Source: Wallemia ichthyophaga EXF-994
Lineage: Eukaryota > Fungi > Basidiomycota
NCBI RefSeq assembly: GCF_000400465.1
Contig: NW_008806277.1
Span: 510,001-542,000 of the forward strand
Length of the DNA: 32,000 bases
Direction: 5' to 3'
Part shown: piece by piece, positions 31,193 to 32,000 of the stretch
Position numbering within the stretch: the first letter of the stretch is position 1
How the letters are laid out: the number at the start of each line of letters is the position of its first letter
The notes under the pieces: generated by a model
What the model was told of the DNA's origin: nothing
The model's input: the letters and a program-made list of their open reading frames with translations, nothing else
Databases searched by the model: none
Position numbers and translations under genes: made by a program

Positions 31193-32000
31193 TTACAACT
31201 GCAAATACTCTGCTATGAACACCCTCATTATTCCATTCCAGCGTTCCATAGTCGGTATATCCAGCGCATCTCTGTCATCTTCCGCTTTATGCCATACAGA
31301 GGGGAAAGGTGAAGGTATTATGTGTAATATGGGTACCCCTCTGTGTAAGAAAGGAAGATGGTCATCGCTTACCCCAGATCGAGATGTTGTATTTTTGAAA
31401 AAGTTAGATTGAAAATTATTCAGTGTGTCAGATTTAGCAAATTCATTAACACGCTTTTCAATATCAATTAATCTATCATGCAGCCATTTAGTCGTTGAGA
31501 AGTAATTAGGAATAGATGGATTGTTTGCACCTAGCAAATCCAACAAAACCAAATGATCAATACGGTCGAGTTGAGTGGGTAGTGGTTTTAGTTTGCGTGG
31601 ATGTATGCTAGACTCCTGTCTGTCTACATACTCACTATCCAATGTTTCTGCATAATGTTTTGCCCCATAGATGCTGTCATCATTCGACCAATTGACGAAA
31701 GCTTCTTCACCATCGAAAAAGATGAACTGAAGGGAGAGAGATGAGTCTAATGAAGACAACAAAGGTGTAAAGTAGTCAGCCAAATCGAGTAATAGTGAGC
31801 AGGGGAATGCAGAATCAGTTGCGCCAACAAAGTCAAAATTTTCAAAGAATTTGCTATCATAGTGAGCGGCGATAGAGAGTGTGTAAGGAGAGAGACGGTT
31901 GTGAGTGAAGACAAGATTGTTAAAGTCTTTGGAACCGTGAGGAGTGTTTGCAGAGAATGAGTCGATGTGTGTGTGCCAATTGAGAGATTTAAAGTGATTT
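31193..32000 (-). CDS. QPCT: Glutaminyl-peptide cyclotransferase (M28 family); 5' end beyond the window
   Basis: Open frame from the window end: AAHYDSK, FVGATDSAFPC, FIFFDGEEAF...SIYGAKH, VLLDLLGA, SDDHLPFL...HIIPSPFPSVWH. Zinc ligands D, E and H are present. Confidence 0.9.
   Translation of the reverse strand, partial: NHFKSLNWHTHIDSFSANTPHGSKDFNNLVFTHNRLSPYTLSIAAHYDSKFFENFDFVGATDSAFPCSLLLDLADYFTPLLSSLDSSLSLQFIFFDGEEAFVNWSNDDSIYGAKHYAETLDSEYVDRQESSIHPRKLKPLPTQLDRIDHLVLLDLLGANNPSIPNYFSTTKWLHDRLIDIEKRVNEFAKSDTLNNFQSNFFKNTTSRSGVSDDHLPFLHRGVPILHIIPSPFPSVWHKAEDDRDALDIPTMERWNGIMRVFIAEYLQL

Noticed and set aside
1-32000. CRISPR arrays, rRNA, intact transposons, snoRNAs or a secondary-metabolite cluster
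   Set aside because: No repeat-spacer periodicity, rRNA sequence, transposase/RT ORF, terminal repeats or PKS/NRPS motifs seen. Introns of about 50 nt are too short to host typical snoRNAs, though an Infernal/Rfam scan would be needed to exclude intergenic ncRNAs.

Overview
Gene-dense eukaryotic window from a compact basidiomycete genome. Short 43-58 nt GT-AG introns, tiny intergenic gaps and an acidic class I hydrophobin point to a Wallemia-like fungus; this is an inference, not a database match. 1-5.6 kb: tightly packed genes (PIG-U/GAB1, RPC11, MRPL4, RTR1/RPAP2, a PAP2 phosphatase, a DinB-like protein, an unknown ORF). About 5.6-11.9 kb: a more AT-rich, accessory-looking block with a decayed non-LTR retrotransposon fragment, an intron-containing tRNA-Gly(GCC), a hydrophobin, a secreted L-amino acid oxidase with a dense GATAAG promoter cluster, and a possibly decayed gene. 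12-32 kb: conserved genes (MSH4, a 723-aa protein of unknown function, SGS1, PIN3/LSB1-like SH3 protein, ADA2-type adenosine deaminase, CCT4, MIF2/CENP-C, SLM3/MTU1, glutaminyl cyclase). No prokaryote-style system (CRISPR etc.) is present. The most interesting points are a same-strand RTR1/PAP2 overlap and other extreme gene packing, the GATA-site array upstream of the oxidase, a DinB protein with a PTS1-like end, and an altered CENP-C motif. All splice models and protein identities come from manual reading and motif recognition, with no searches run.
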